Below, one piece after another: positions 29,107 through 37,953 of a stretch of 64,000 nucleotides of DNA; the stretch's first letter is position 1, and every line of letters starts with the position of its first letter. The stretch lies in IMG/VR virus record IMGVR_UViG_3300033149_000928, positions 20,414-84,413 of that record; one strand, written 5' to 3'. Both the position numbers and the translations under genes were made by a program. Below the pieces are notes generated by a model that worked only from the letters and a program-made list of their open reading frames with translations, did not search any database and had not been told where the DNA came from. This DNA is from a virus.

Positions 29107-29550
29107 TCAATCCTCCGTTGCGCCGCTTTGATTTAGTAAATCAACAATCTGATCTTGATAATCAACCCAAGCCATAATATATCTACGCTTCCTTTCGATT
29201 GGCTCTTCATTTCCAGGATAAGAACAACTCTCACTGTCACTGTCCATACGTTTGGGGTTAGCAACGAACTCCCTACAAGCTATAGGCCGATGGCGTTCTT
29301 CCTTAATCTTACACCCTGTATCCGTTAATAACGTACATATCCCTGCGCCCGTTGTATTCACGATCTCCCTTGGATCATGTGTAACCCTTGGTCGCATGAA
29401 ATAGCAACGTGAGAGTCTATCTACTAGAGCTATATCACCATCCCTTGGATCACCGACCCACCAATCGAAGATGAAGTCTCCTTTAACAGCGGCTAGGAAG
29501 TCTCCAGCAGGAACATCCTCTGGAAATGCTGACAACATTGCCCGCCACAC
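29107..29550 (-). CDS. YkgJ-like cysteine-cluster protein
   Basis: CTLL...GCKI.....RPIACREF motif. Confidence 0.55.
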   Translation of the reverse strand: MWRAMLSAFPEDVPAGDFLAAVKGDFIFDWWVGDPRDGDIALVDRLSRCYFMRPRVTHDPREIVNTTGAGICTLLTDTGCKIKEERHRPIACREFVANPKRMDSDSESCSYPGNEEPIERKRRYIMAWVDYQDQIVDLLNQSGATED

Positions 29551-29581
29551 TCAGCACATACATGAATAGGGTCACTCATAC

Positions 29582-30037
29582 TTATCTCCTAATCAAGAAA
29601 TCTCGCTCAATATCCTTTTGATTTAGTAAATCATTATATAGATGCCAGTTCTCAAAGGATGTAGGTTTACCTTCATCTGTTAAGAGATTACCATGATAGG
29701 CTAACATGAGTGCATCTAAACGGTGTTCTCCATAATGACTGGGGTTAGCTCCTGCTTCTTTAATAAATTTACCTAACTCACCCTGCATCAATACCGACCC
29801 GCGTGGATCACAAGGTAATTTGCTATTAGGTACTTCATATTGAAAACAATCCTCACCCATAGCCCACCAACAGGTATTCATAGCCCATGTGACAATTGTC
29901 TCAGGGGCATTAATACTAATCTCTTTAATCTCATTCCATGTTCGGTAACACACTATTTTCATACTAAACCTCCTATACTTATCTCCTAAACAAACACTAC
30001 GGAGTACAAACAAAATAACATTTCTTCTGTGTTGCAT
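29582..30037 (-). CDS. Hypothetical protein (start likely at MKIV, ~29962)
   Basis: ORF track, GGAGG before the internal ATG. Confidence 0.6.
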   Translation of the reverse strand: MQHRRNVILFVLRSVCLGDKYRRFSMKIVCYRTWNEIKEISINAPETIVTWAMNTCWWAMGEDCFQYEVPNSKLPCDPRGSVLMQGELGKFIKEAGANPSHYGEHRLDALMLAYHGNLLTDEGKPTSFENWHLYNDLLNQKDIERDFLIRR

Positions 30038-30486
30038 GATCCATGTACCCTATAACCTTTAAATAAGACATCTCCTTATCTAACAGACGCGCCGAGTGAA
30101 CTCGTCAATTTCATCATCCGATCTTATATCTCCTATGACAAGTAACTCTTCCATCAGAGTCTGGAGTTTAACCCCTCCATTATGTCGCATAATTATACCG
30201 TGGATACGGTCCTGTATCATAAGTTAAGCTCCCGCGCCGTCCACTTAGTCTCGAAAGCAAGTCCTCTTGTCCCGATAGCCCCGCACTTCGGACACCATAA
30301 TATCTGTACTGGTCTAAGAAGATTACTTCCCTTATGTCCCATGAATACTGAGTCCTTATGCTTACACTTTTTATGTTTCTTCTTACCCATGACTATTTCT
30401 CCTTAGGTACATTACCTTTAAACACAAGACTACGCATATCCAACAGGTGCGCTTCCATAGCCTCTAAACACCCTCGCTCATAACTC

Positions 30487-30732
30487 TTACCAGCAGGTAG
30501 CCCACACTCCTGGATCGCCATCCTCCCGATGACTACGTGCCACAACTCCATCTAGTAGCCCATCTATCCTCTGCATACGCTTAATATTGCAATTAAAGCA
30601 ATAATTCTCACTCCAAGCAGTCCCGGCAGGCTGAGAGCAACCCTCAGTAACGCAAAGCTTACCAGTCCGATAGCGAGGATTATTACCTTCGGAATCGGGG
30701 TTGAGATAATTATCTCTAGCGTCAGTCATCAT
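30487..30732 (-). CDS. Hypothetical Cys-rich protein
   Basis: ORF track. Confidence 0.55.
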   Translation of the reverse strand: MMTDARDNYLNPDSEGNNPRYRTGKLCVTEGCSQPAGTAWSENYCFNCNIKRMQRIDGLLDGVVARSHREDGDPGVWATCW

Positions 30733-31532
30733 TCGCCCTCCATGATAATGTTAATCTCGGCCTGTAGGTGCTTCCCGCCGTAGAAGTCGTCGTGCTCACG
30801 CATGATTCGGATTGCCTTCGCTTGTGCCTCTACGATCTTCGCAAGCCTCAACCGGTCGGCGACAACCTCCCTGTGATAATCTATACTTGGCATCGGGTCG
30901 CATGTCTTCCCTCGCGCTATCAGCTTCTCTACTGGGGATTGGGGTTGGTCATGGTTCTCAAGGAACGGTATCCCGGTGGGGCCAAGCTCGACTTCTTTAG
31001 GTTTTATATCCTCGTTCAAGTCGCCGTCATATTCTATCTTTGGCTCCACTTCCGGCATCTTCTTGCCGTCCTTGAGTTTGATACGATAAAACTTTAATTT
31101 TCTTTGCGCCTCGAAAGGTCCGTGCTTAACATTTACAGTATGCCAATCAAATTTGGTATGACTATCCCAATGATATTCCTCTTGAATACATCCCTGCGGC
31201 GCTAGGTTGCGGAGTAACTGACGTACCCATTCCTCTACATCCTCATGTGATAGCCGTGGCTTCAAGGAATATGGGATTTCATCAGCACAACAATAACCTT
31301 CTTCCCTTAACTCCATACCCTCTCGCTTATAGATTTCTGTGACACTTTGTGTATCTGAGTTTTGATTTACGGCTACGCCATTTTGATTTACTAAATCACT
31401 TTTACCTTTCCACCCACAACCGATTTCTTTGTCCTTTCGATTCGCACATACTAGAATCCCACCCTCTATAGCTGTAAAGAAAACACCTTCACACCCAGGA
31501 CATTTGAATAGTGATTTGAAGTCAGACATCAT
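30729..31532 (-). CDS. Hypothetical protein, paralogue of 32048-32950
   Basis: Shared DLVNQNG.AVNQ, RQLL..LAPQGC and RIKL..GK.P.VE blocks. Confidence 0.65.
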   Translation of the reverse strand: MMSDFKSLFKCPGCEGVFFTAIEGGILVCANRKDKEIGCGWKGKSDLVNQNGVAVNQNSDTQSVTEIYKREGMELREEGYCCADEIPYSLKPRLSHEDVEEWVRQLLRNLAPQGCIQEEYHWDSHTKFDWHTVNVKHGPFEAQRKLKFYRIKLKDGKKMPEVEPKIEYDGDLNEDIKPKEVELGPTGIPFLENHDQPQSPVEKLIARGKTCDPMPSIDYHREVVADRLRLAKIVEAQAKAIRIMREHDDFYGGKHLQAEINIIMEGE

Positions 31533-31825
31533 TACTCCTTGTAATCAGGTAACAGTCTCTTCGCCTCTCTACATGCATCAACCATAACATTATAATCATC
31601 AACCTCGTCCTCACAAGCATGGACGAGTTTATCTAGTGCTGCTTGTAGTATGGGTATAGAGGAAGGTACTGTTTTCTTACAGGTTAATACCCCACCTTCA
31701 CTGAAATTAGAACAACACATAGGATCGCAGTCTGGTCCCCTTTTATGTCCCTCAAAATGTGGACAGTCTTCTGTCGTACATCCTTTCTCTACACCTTCAC
31801 AGTATAGTAGATCATCAGTCATCAT
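31532..31825 (-). CDS. Hypothetical Cys-rich protein
   Basis: ORF track, GGAGG RBS. Confidence 0.55.
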   Translation of the reverse strand: MMTDDLLYCEGVEKGCTTEDCPHFEGHKRGPDCDPMCCSNFSEGGVLTCKKTVPSSIPILQAALDKLVHACEDEVDDYNVMVDACREAKRLLPDYKE

Positions 31826-32047
31826 GACCCCTCCATAACCTCAAGCATATCCCGGATACATTCCACAAGAACCTGTATTCTATCCTCAGTAGTCAGTTGA
31901 AGAATTCTATGTGAATCAGCGAACTCCAACGCTTGTTTTGCTTTAATATCCTTGGATCAGTTGAGGTCGTAAGTGGTATAAATGGCACGGGTACTGGCTC
32001 CAAGGGCATCGGTACTTTCTTCGGTGCTGGTTGTGGTAGTGACATAG

Positions 32048-32950
32048 TTACTCCTTTTCTTTTTGATTATCCTTCCCGAATATCTTCTTTATATCTTCTA
32101 GTGACTTCTCTACATCTTCTGGAGATACACCCTCCATCATCTTAGCTTCACGTTCCTCACTATACATATGGTCCCAATTCGATTTCCTCACCTGTCTCCA
32201 ACCATAACCACAAGTACATATCCCATCCGTGGGGCTATTATTTATAAGAGAAGCATAAATAGTACAATCACCATCATGTCCATCGCGATGGATTGGCCCT
32301 GCTCTCCGCTCTTCTTTCTTAGGTTCTTTGAGTCTTTCATTAAGAGAAGGATCAACTTTTATTCTTCTCTCCACTTTCGGTAGTTTACCATTCTCTAGTT
32401 TAATACGGAAATCAGATAAACTATGTCGTGTGTCTGGATTCCTTGTAACACCCCACACTTCATGTTCTGGTATCCCACTCATATATTCCACACATCCTTG
32501 CGGTGCAAGGTCATGTAGTAGCTGACGGGTAATTCTCTCTTCCGGTACCCACATATCTTTTGAGTGTAGTCCTTTGAGGTAATTTACTCGTTCATCACCA
32601 CAAACATAACCTGGATATCGTTCTTGATTTACGGCTGTGCCATTTTGATTTACTAAATCACCCATCCGATGCTCCAAACATCCAAGTTTCCCACATTGAT
32701 CACATACCTTCGTCCCACCAACTAGTACTCCTTTATCCTCACCATACTCATTACGCTCTGACTCTTCGAGTACAAGTACAATATGATCTCGCTCCAATGA
32801 TTTTGGTTGTTGTTTTAGCCATGCTAAATCTTCTTCAATCACCTTCCCGTACGCGTGTCGTGTTAGTTTAGTCACGCCTAGTCCTCCCATTCTCACAATA
32901 AGGACAATTAATAGTCTTACACATCGCCGCTGGATGATCCTTGTAATCAA
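32048..32950 (-). CDS. Hypothetical protein, paralogue of 30729-31532 (true start probably ~32875)
   Basis: Shared blocks as above. Confidence 0.65.
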   Translation of the reverse strand: MITRIIQRRCVRLLIVLIVRMGGLGVTKLTRHAYGKVIEEDLAWLKQQPKSLERDHIVLVLEESERNEYGEDKGVLVGGTKVCDQCGKLGCLEHRMGDLVNQNGTAVNQERYPGYVCGDERVNYLKGLHSKDMWVPEERITRQLLHDLAPQGCVEYMSGIPEHEVWGVTRNPDTRHSLSDFRIKLENGKLPKVERRIKVDPSLNERLKEPKKEERRAGPIHRDGHDGDCTIYASLINNSPTDGICTCGYGWRQVRKSNWDHMYSEEREAKMMEGVSPEDVEKSLEDIKKIFGKDNQKEKE

Positions 32951-33251
32951 CAGAGGCCTCTAACTTGTCCCCTATGAGTACAACCTTCCTACCCGTACCG
33001 TTACACTTCCCACAAAGTCTCACTTCCCCGAATAGCCCTCTAATGTTCTCAAGGAAGTGATCTAAATGAGCCATCTCCCCTTCATTCATATATCGCCCCG
33101 CTATGAAGCGTATACCTTTCAAGTAAATCTCCACTTGATCCATTATGTGGCCATTCATAGCTATAGTCCTCCAGAGCCGCGTAGTGAATACATAGCGGCT
33201 CACCAATTCCCTCCAGCCGTATCCGCCTCCCCAAACGTACAAGGACCACAC
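32868..33251 (-). CDS. Hypothetical protein with CxxCxGxG Zn motif
   Basis: CGKCNGTG and CPYCENG. Start probably at MNGH. Confidence 0.55.
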   Translation of the reverse strand: MWSLYVWGGGYGWRELVSRYVFTTRLWRTIAMNGHIMDQVEIYLKGIRFIAGRYMNEGEMAHLDHFLENIRGLFGEVRLCGKCNGTGRKVVLIGDKLEASVDYKDHPAAMCKTINCPYCENGRTRRD

Positions 33252-33487
33252 ATCCTAGTAGTCGGTACTGTAGGTTTCTCTCCACATATAATACAAGGCT
33301 CAGTCCAATCTGGCTCAATAACTACTGCCTCAATAGCATATTTATGGCGCTCAAGGATAGCGATTGCTCGCTTAAATTCATTTATCATACCATTGAGGTC
33401 TACTGTACGACGGACATCAGCCATTTTTGTTCGGAGCTTTGCTTGTATATCTTTAGGGAGTCGTACCCATTCTCCATGTTCAGCCAT
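33200..33487 (-). CDS. Hypothetical Zn-finger protein
   Basis: CIIC and CGPC. Confidence 0.6.
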   Translation of the reverse strand: MAEHGEWVRLPKDIQAKLRTKMADVRRTVDLNGMINEFKRAIAILERHKYAIEAVVIEPDWTEPCIICGEKPTVPTTRMCGPCTFGEADTAGGNW

Positions 33488-33502
33488 AATAATATGCCCT
33501 TT

Positions 33503-33922
33503 CTATCCCTCCTCCAAGCCCGTAATAGGAATAATCTTCTTAACAGCCGTTAGGAAGGCATGATAATCTTTACTCTCACTATTTTGGAGACCATCCCAGA
33601 TATCAACTACCTGAGCCAAGGTTATATATTGTGCTGCAAGTATCTCAGTATGGTCATCCTCAAGATTCTCGTCACACCATTTAACCCCTTTAAGGAAAAG
33701 AACCTTTTCTAACTCTAATAATCGTTTCTTTTTATCCATAACAGTACCACCTGATTCAGATTTTTCATGTATTGCATGGTCAAGAGCAGATTTACATTGT
33801 TCATATTCTTTATATTCAGGTTCATCGAAAATATAAATAATCCAAAGATTTGCTTCAGTAGCAGTCATCAGGGCATGACAACCACCAATCAAACCTACAG
33901 GGTAACGTTGGTTATCTTTCAT
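33503..33922 (-). CDS. Hypothetical protein
   Basis: ORF track. Confidence 0.6.
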   Translation of the reverse strand: MKDNQRYPVGLIGGCHALMTATEANLWIIYIFDEPEYKEYEQCKSALDHAIHEKSESGGTVMDKKKRLLELEKVLFLKGVKWCDENLEDDHTEILAAQYITLAQVVDIWDGLQNSESKDYHAFLTAVKKIIPITGLEEG

Positions 33923-34358
33923 TATTTATCCCTTTAACAGTAATAGTAGTTTCAACGATCTTTTCAAACATCTCCAAAGTCATTCCATTAAGATACTCTT
34001 TCATATCTTCAAATATCACTTTGAGTTCAGGCTCTGTAATATATCGCTTGATGCCGAAGGGAGGCTCAACGTTATCTTTACACCATGCTTTGGCCTTCTC
34101 ATAAAGACGTTTAGTTATTTCCTGATGCTCTTCACGAAGTTTAATTATTTTACTTGGAGCACTCGATTGAGTATAGGGATTAGCATTGTTTGCTAATTGA
34201 CACTCCAAGATATCTACACCCATTACAATTACCCCTCTACGTATATAATCTGGATCATTTTCTATATACTCATGCCAAGCGTTTGCTTCCTTACAAGTGA
34301 GTACAGTATTGTATCCACCACAAAGTTCTCTTGGTTGCCCTAAATCTACATTTTTCAC
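33912..34358 (-). CDS. Hypothetical protein, similar to 33503-33922
   Basis: Both have (L/I).GG.....T..EAN.W near the N-terminus. Confidence 0.6.
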   Translation of the reverse strand: MKNVDLGQPRELCGGYNTVLTCKEANAWHEYIENDPDYIRRGVIVMGVDILECQLANNANPYTQSSAPSKIIKLREEHQEITKRLYEKAKAWCKDNVEPPFGIKRYITEPELKVIFEDMKEYLNGMTLEMFEKIVETTITVKGINNER

Positions 34359-34360
34359 GG

Positions 34361-34735
34361 CTATTCCTCCGGGTTATCATTTAGAGTAAAATCACTACTT
34401 ACCTCACAATCTACACGTTCCTTAATGAAGGGATGGGCACCCATATTAGTTTTATCCCCAATAATTTTGATTTGATAAATCACACAAGGCTGGAACTTCC
34501 CAAAAAATACCGAAGAGCCTAAACGATGATTATTCATTATCTGGAACCCACCATAGATACGCCGTAGCCTTTTAACACGCTTCAGTGCCCCTGATATTGA
34601 CCTACCATATTTGACTTTGATCTCCGGTTCATCATCCTCGGTCCATGTAATAACGAAACGAGTACCCTCAATCTGTCCTTGTATGAATCCTCTTGGTCCA
34701 TGCCATTTGCCTTTAGTGTCTTGTAAGTACATCAC
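34361..34735 (-). CDS. Hypothetical protein
   Basis: ORF track, GGAG RBS. Confidence 0.55.
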   Translation of the reverse strand: MMYLQDTKGKWHGPRGFIQGQIEGTRFVITWTEDDEPEIKVKYGRSISGALKRVKRLRRIYGGFQIMNNHRLGSSVFFGKFQPCVIYQIKIIGDKTNMGAHPFIKERVDCEVSSDFTLNDNPEE

Positions 34736-35421
34736 TCCTCCTTAAACAGTGATCCAGATTCCCAGTCTTTATACTTAGGCTGCACTCCAGCCCAATGTAT
34801 CTTTAATAAAATATCAACCCTCCCATATTTAAAACATCCATCCCTACAAACTGCACAGTGACCAGTCTTATGCTCAAAGGTCTTAGGACAGCGAAAACGT
34901 TTCTCTTTACGTTGTGGCTCTCCAATCCGTACTGTTGACCATTTCTGCTTAACTAATAAACAATATTCTTCCCAAGTAGTAGATGGGTCTATAGAAGCTA
35001 GTACCCTGGCATTACGTCGTGGCATAATAAATTGCCTAATATAACGATCTATTTCAACATCTCTCCATCCTCTTGTTGGTATCCAGAATAACACTTCTGG
35101 ATTATATTGAAGGAGATCAAACACCTTATAGACATCTAAGATTGTAGCAAACGCTTCTCCTCTTGTACAGAGTCTAATGCGTTTAACCTGTTTCTTCTTT
35201 CTTTTAAGAATAACATTTAAAATTAATCCATCTAAATGCTGTCAGAATTTATCATTAATCTTATCGCGAGTCAGCATTCTTTTACCTCGATAATTATAGA
35301 TAGGTATATTATAACAATATAATTTACAGAAATCTGACTGATGCTTACACGATCCACGGCCACGATCAATAGCCCATAATCCTATCTCTTTACAATATCT
35401 AATCGACCCGTAACTCGGCAT
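34732..35421 (-). pseudogene. GP88/radical-SAM-like Cys-motif protein interrupted by one in-frame TGA (35242-35244)
   Basis: Hand translation MPSYGSIRYCKEIGLWAIDRGRGSCKHQSDFCKLYCY...KF*QHLD...RIRLCTRGE...FWIPTR...CP......HCAVCRDGC is one continuous frame. Confidence 0.6.
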
Positions 35422-35809
35422 CCTTCTCTTCCTTCCATTGATTTTGTAAATCAGAAGCTAATTCTAATAGATCATTAGCATATATAGATTGGGCCATTCT
35501 ACCTTCACTAAGAGTCATAAGTGCTTGAATAATTCTTTGTCGCTTAATCTTGGTATCATGATGCTTTTTACCTCTTCGTTTAAGTTTATTCTTTCTATTA
35601 GTAGTAGGATACTTTTCACAAAGTTCTTGATACCATTTTGGATTCGTATTATTAATAACCCTGACACTATGATTACTGTGCTTAGACTCTGGTGCTTTAC
35701 CTAAACCTACTTCCAGTTTATTCTTTTTCAATTGAGTTAACATTATAGATAGAGTTAAACGCAAGTGTTTTGGAGCAATAATCCGTGACCATTTCTGATC
35801 CTTATTCAT
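35399..35809 (-). CDS. Hypothetical basic protein
   Basis: ORF track. Confidence 0.6.
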   Translation of the reverse strand: MNKDQKWSRIIAPKHLRLTLSIMLTQLKKNKLEVGLGKAPESKHSNHSVRVINNTNPKWYQELCEKYPTTNRKNKLKRRGKKHHDTKIKRQRIIQALMTLSEGRMAQSIYANDLLELASDLQNQWKEEKDAELRVD

Positions 35810-35976
35810 TATGGTCCCTTACTACTCTCCCTTAATGCGATGAACAACACGTACTTTTACTACTACAGTCGTACCATTAGGAACACTATCCCCATCCTCA
35901 TGGACAATAGGTATATCCATCCATACCATTCCTCTTTTATTTGTGAACTTATCTTTCTTCTTAATTAACCAACGCA

Positions 35977-36264
35977 TTATTCTCCTCCAAGATTCATATC
36001 GTCATCACTCTCGGTTTTCCTCCATACAGTTAGGATATCATCCTTAACCTTATCTAAAGCACCAAGTAACCAATTCCCACTGTAGTTTCCTGTATCAAAG
36101 TCTACTGTGAATGGTGGACTATGTTTACTTTGATCTGTATTATTCGGATCAATAGCAACTATTGCAAAAGGTATCCTCCTGCGTCTTAACTCCATACAGA
36201 TTTCATCTACCGTGGCTAGTCTTAAATCATTCATGGTCACTGATCCTCCGGCCAAATAAAACAA
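35977..36264 (-). CDS. Hypothetical protein
   Basis: ORF track, likely start at MNDL after GGAGG. Confidence 0.55.
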   Translation of the reverse strand: MFYLAGGSVTMNDLRLATVDEICMELRRRRIPFAIVAIDPNNTDQSKHSPPFTVDFDTGNYSGNWLLGALDKVKDDILTVWRKTESDDDMNLGGE

Positions 36265-36414
36265 TCAGCTTTACCAATAAGGACTGCCCATGCCTCACGT
36301 AGACATTGAAGATATGTCCTATAAGGTATAGGTCTAGCAGGTACCCATTTACCGTTGATTTCTGTCTGAGTTTCTGATGCACATTTCATTAAGTCTTTCA
36401 GTATCCACATACCC

Positions 36415-36720
36415 TTACTCCTTATGGAAGAAGTGCCTATTCCCTTTATTGATAGAACGTAGAACTGGTGTCCTTACTTCCCTTGGCCTTGACTCTTTAA
36501 CCACCACCCATGATTCCCTAGTCCTTATATTATTTTGTATCTTCTTTAATTGTTCTGCTGCCCATTCATTTGCTGCCCATTCATCTTGATAAGGTTTTAT
36601 GTCCACACTATCATGTTCAACCTGCACTCCCCATTGACAGTTTTGACAATCTGTATCAGAACAGGTAGGGCTATATTCAGTATAGTTACTCCAAGGTTTT
36701 GTACAAGTAAAATGTATCAT
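36415..36720 (-). CDS. Hypothetical protein
   Basis: ORF track. Confidence 0.5.
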   Translation of the reverse strand: MIHFTCTKPWSNYTEYSPTCSDTDCQNCQWGVQVEHDSVDIKPYQDEWAANEWAAEQLKKIQNNIRTRESWVVVKESRPREVRTPVLRSINKGNRHFFHKE

Positions 36721-36974
36721 TTACTATCCTTCGCAGCCTCGCCGTTTTGATTTACTAAATCATTATCTTTATCAAATTCTGCAAGCTTCTTATTCAATTG
36801 TTTAAGTTCCAGTTCCTGTTGCTTCTGAATTATCTGCATTTTAAGCGTGGGAGGATAAGTCCTAGATTTCCAATAAGAGAGCAAACAAATAACAAGGAAG
36901 ATAGCTAAAGTATATCTAAACCAATTCTCTTTAATATTTTCAAACATCAATAGCCTCCTTATCAACTTCCACAC
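36717..36974 (-). CDS. Hypothetical single-TM protein
   Basis: TM helix plus coiled coil. Start likely at MFEN. Confidence 0.55.
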   Translation of the reverse strand: MWKLIRRLLMFENIKENWFRYTLAIFLVICLLSYWKSRTYPPTLKMQIIQKQQELELKQLNKKLAEFDKDNDLVNQNGEAAKDSK

Positions 36975-37221
36975 TAAGAGTAAACTTCCTCACAGCATCT
37001 TCCTTATATTGAATACCCATAGCCCTAAGTAAATCACTAGGGTAGAGTCTCCAGGTTATATCCCCACTAGCGACTCCATCTTTCTTCATTTCATCTTGGA
37101 CTTCTCTTTCCATTAACCAAGGGTCTCTACCGCAGATTCTAATGTATTCTTCCTCAGTGACATCCCAACAGAAGCACTCATTATCTCCACTCCATGATCC
37201 AGTTATCGTTATCTCTTTCAT
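36940..37221 (-). CDS. Hypothetical protein
   Basis: AAGGAG RBS. Confidence 0.6.
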   Translation of the reverse strand: MKEITITGSWSGDNECFCWDVTEEEYIRICGRDPWLMEREVQDEMKKDGVASGDITWRLYPSDLLRAMGIQYKEDAVRKFTLSVEVDKEAIDV

Positions 37222-37258
37222 CTTGGCTCCTTAAACATACACATTGATTTAGTAAATC

Positions 37259-37953
37259 ACTCTATAGTACAGTATAAAACTACACCTTACCTTCACACAA
37301 CCTTACTATACACAACTATGCAATACCTTTACATAACAAGACAGCACGGTATAAGACCATACCCTTACTTTACTTTACCTCGCGGTACTGTACTTTACTG
37401 CACCTTCACAACACGTTACTAGAGGCCACTACACAATACCCTCACCTTACCCTCACCTAACAAAACACAACATGACAAGACTATACCATTACCAGACAGT
37501 ACACTACCATGCGCTACGGTGCCTCACCTAACTTCACCTTTACCCAACACTATGGGACAGTACACTACCTTGACAATACCACACAGTATTTTACGTAACA
37601 CTACTACACCATCGCGATACTTCGCCAGACTATACCATAACCACACAGTACCATAACCGTACCGGACAAGATATGACCTTACCATACCATTACCCTACGT
37701 AACCTAACTATACCTTTACTGCACAAAACGAACTAGACCCAACATCGCCATAACGGGACTACGCGTGACTACGCGTGACTACGCGTGACTACACCATTAC
37801 TCGACCCAACCGAACCCCACAGTACCATACCTTTACATCACCTAACCCAACCGCACCATTACAAGACTTCACACCAGATAACTATGCCTTACCATTACTC
37901 TACCCAACACCACCCCTCTACACCATTACTAAACCAAACGTGACCGTACCATC
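37259..37953 (-). ncRNA. Putative guide-RNA array: 114 NNN-GT pentamers in 21 hexamer-delimited units (VIPR-like)
   Basis: Minus strand reads GATGGT ACGGT CACGT TTGGT TTAGT AATGGT GTAGA GGGGT GGTGT TGGGT AGAGT AATGGT... The full hand parse accounts for all 695 bp with a single 4-mer exception. No minus-strand ORF of 60 aa or more. RNA status is inferred. Confidence 0.75.

Noticed and set aside
35242-35244. Genome-wide TGA recoding
   Set aside because: Long genes are intact in code 11 and many end at TGA overlapping the next ATG.
37259-37953. Canonical CRISPR array
   Set aside because: There are no 23-50 bp direct repeats. The conserved elements are only 2 and 6 nt long.
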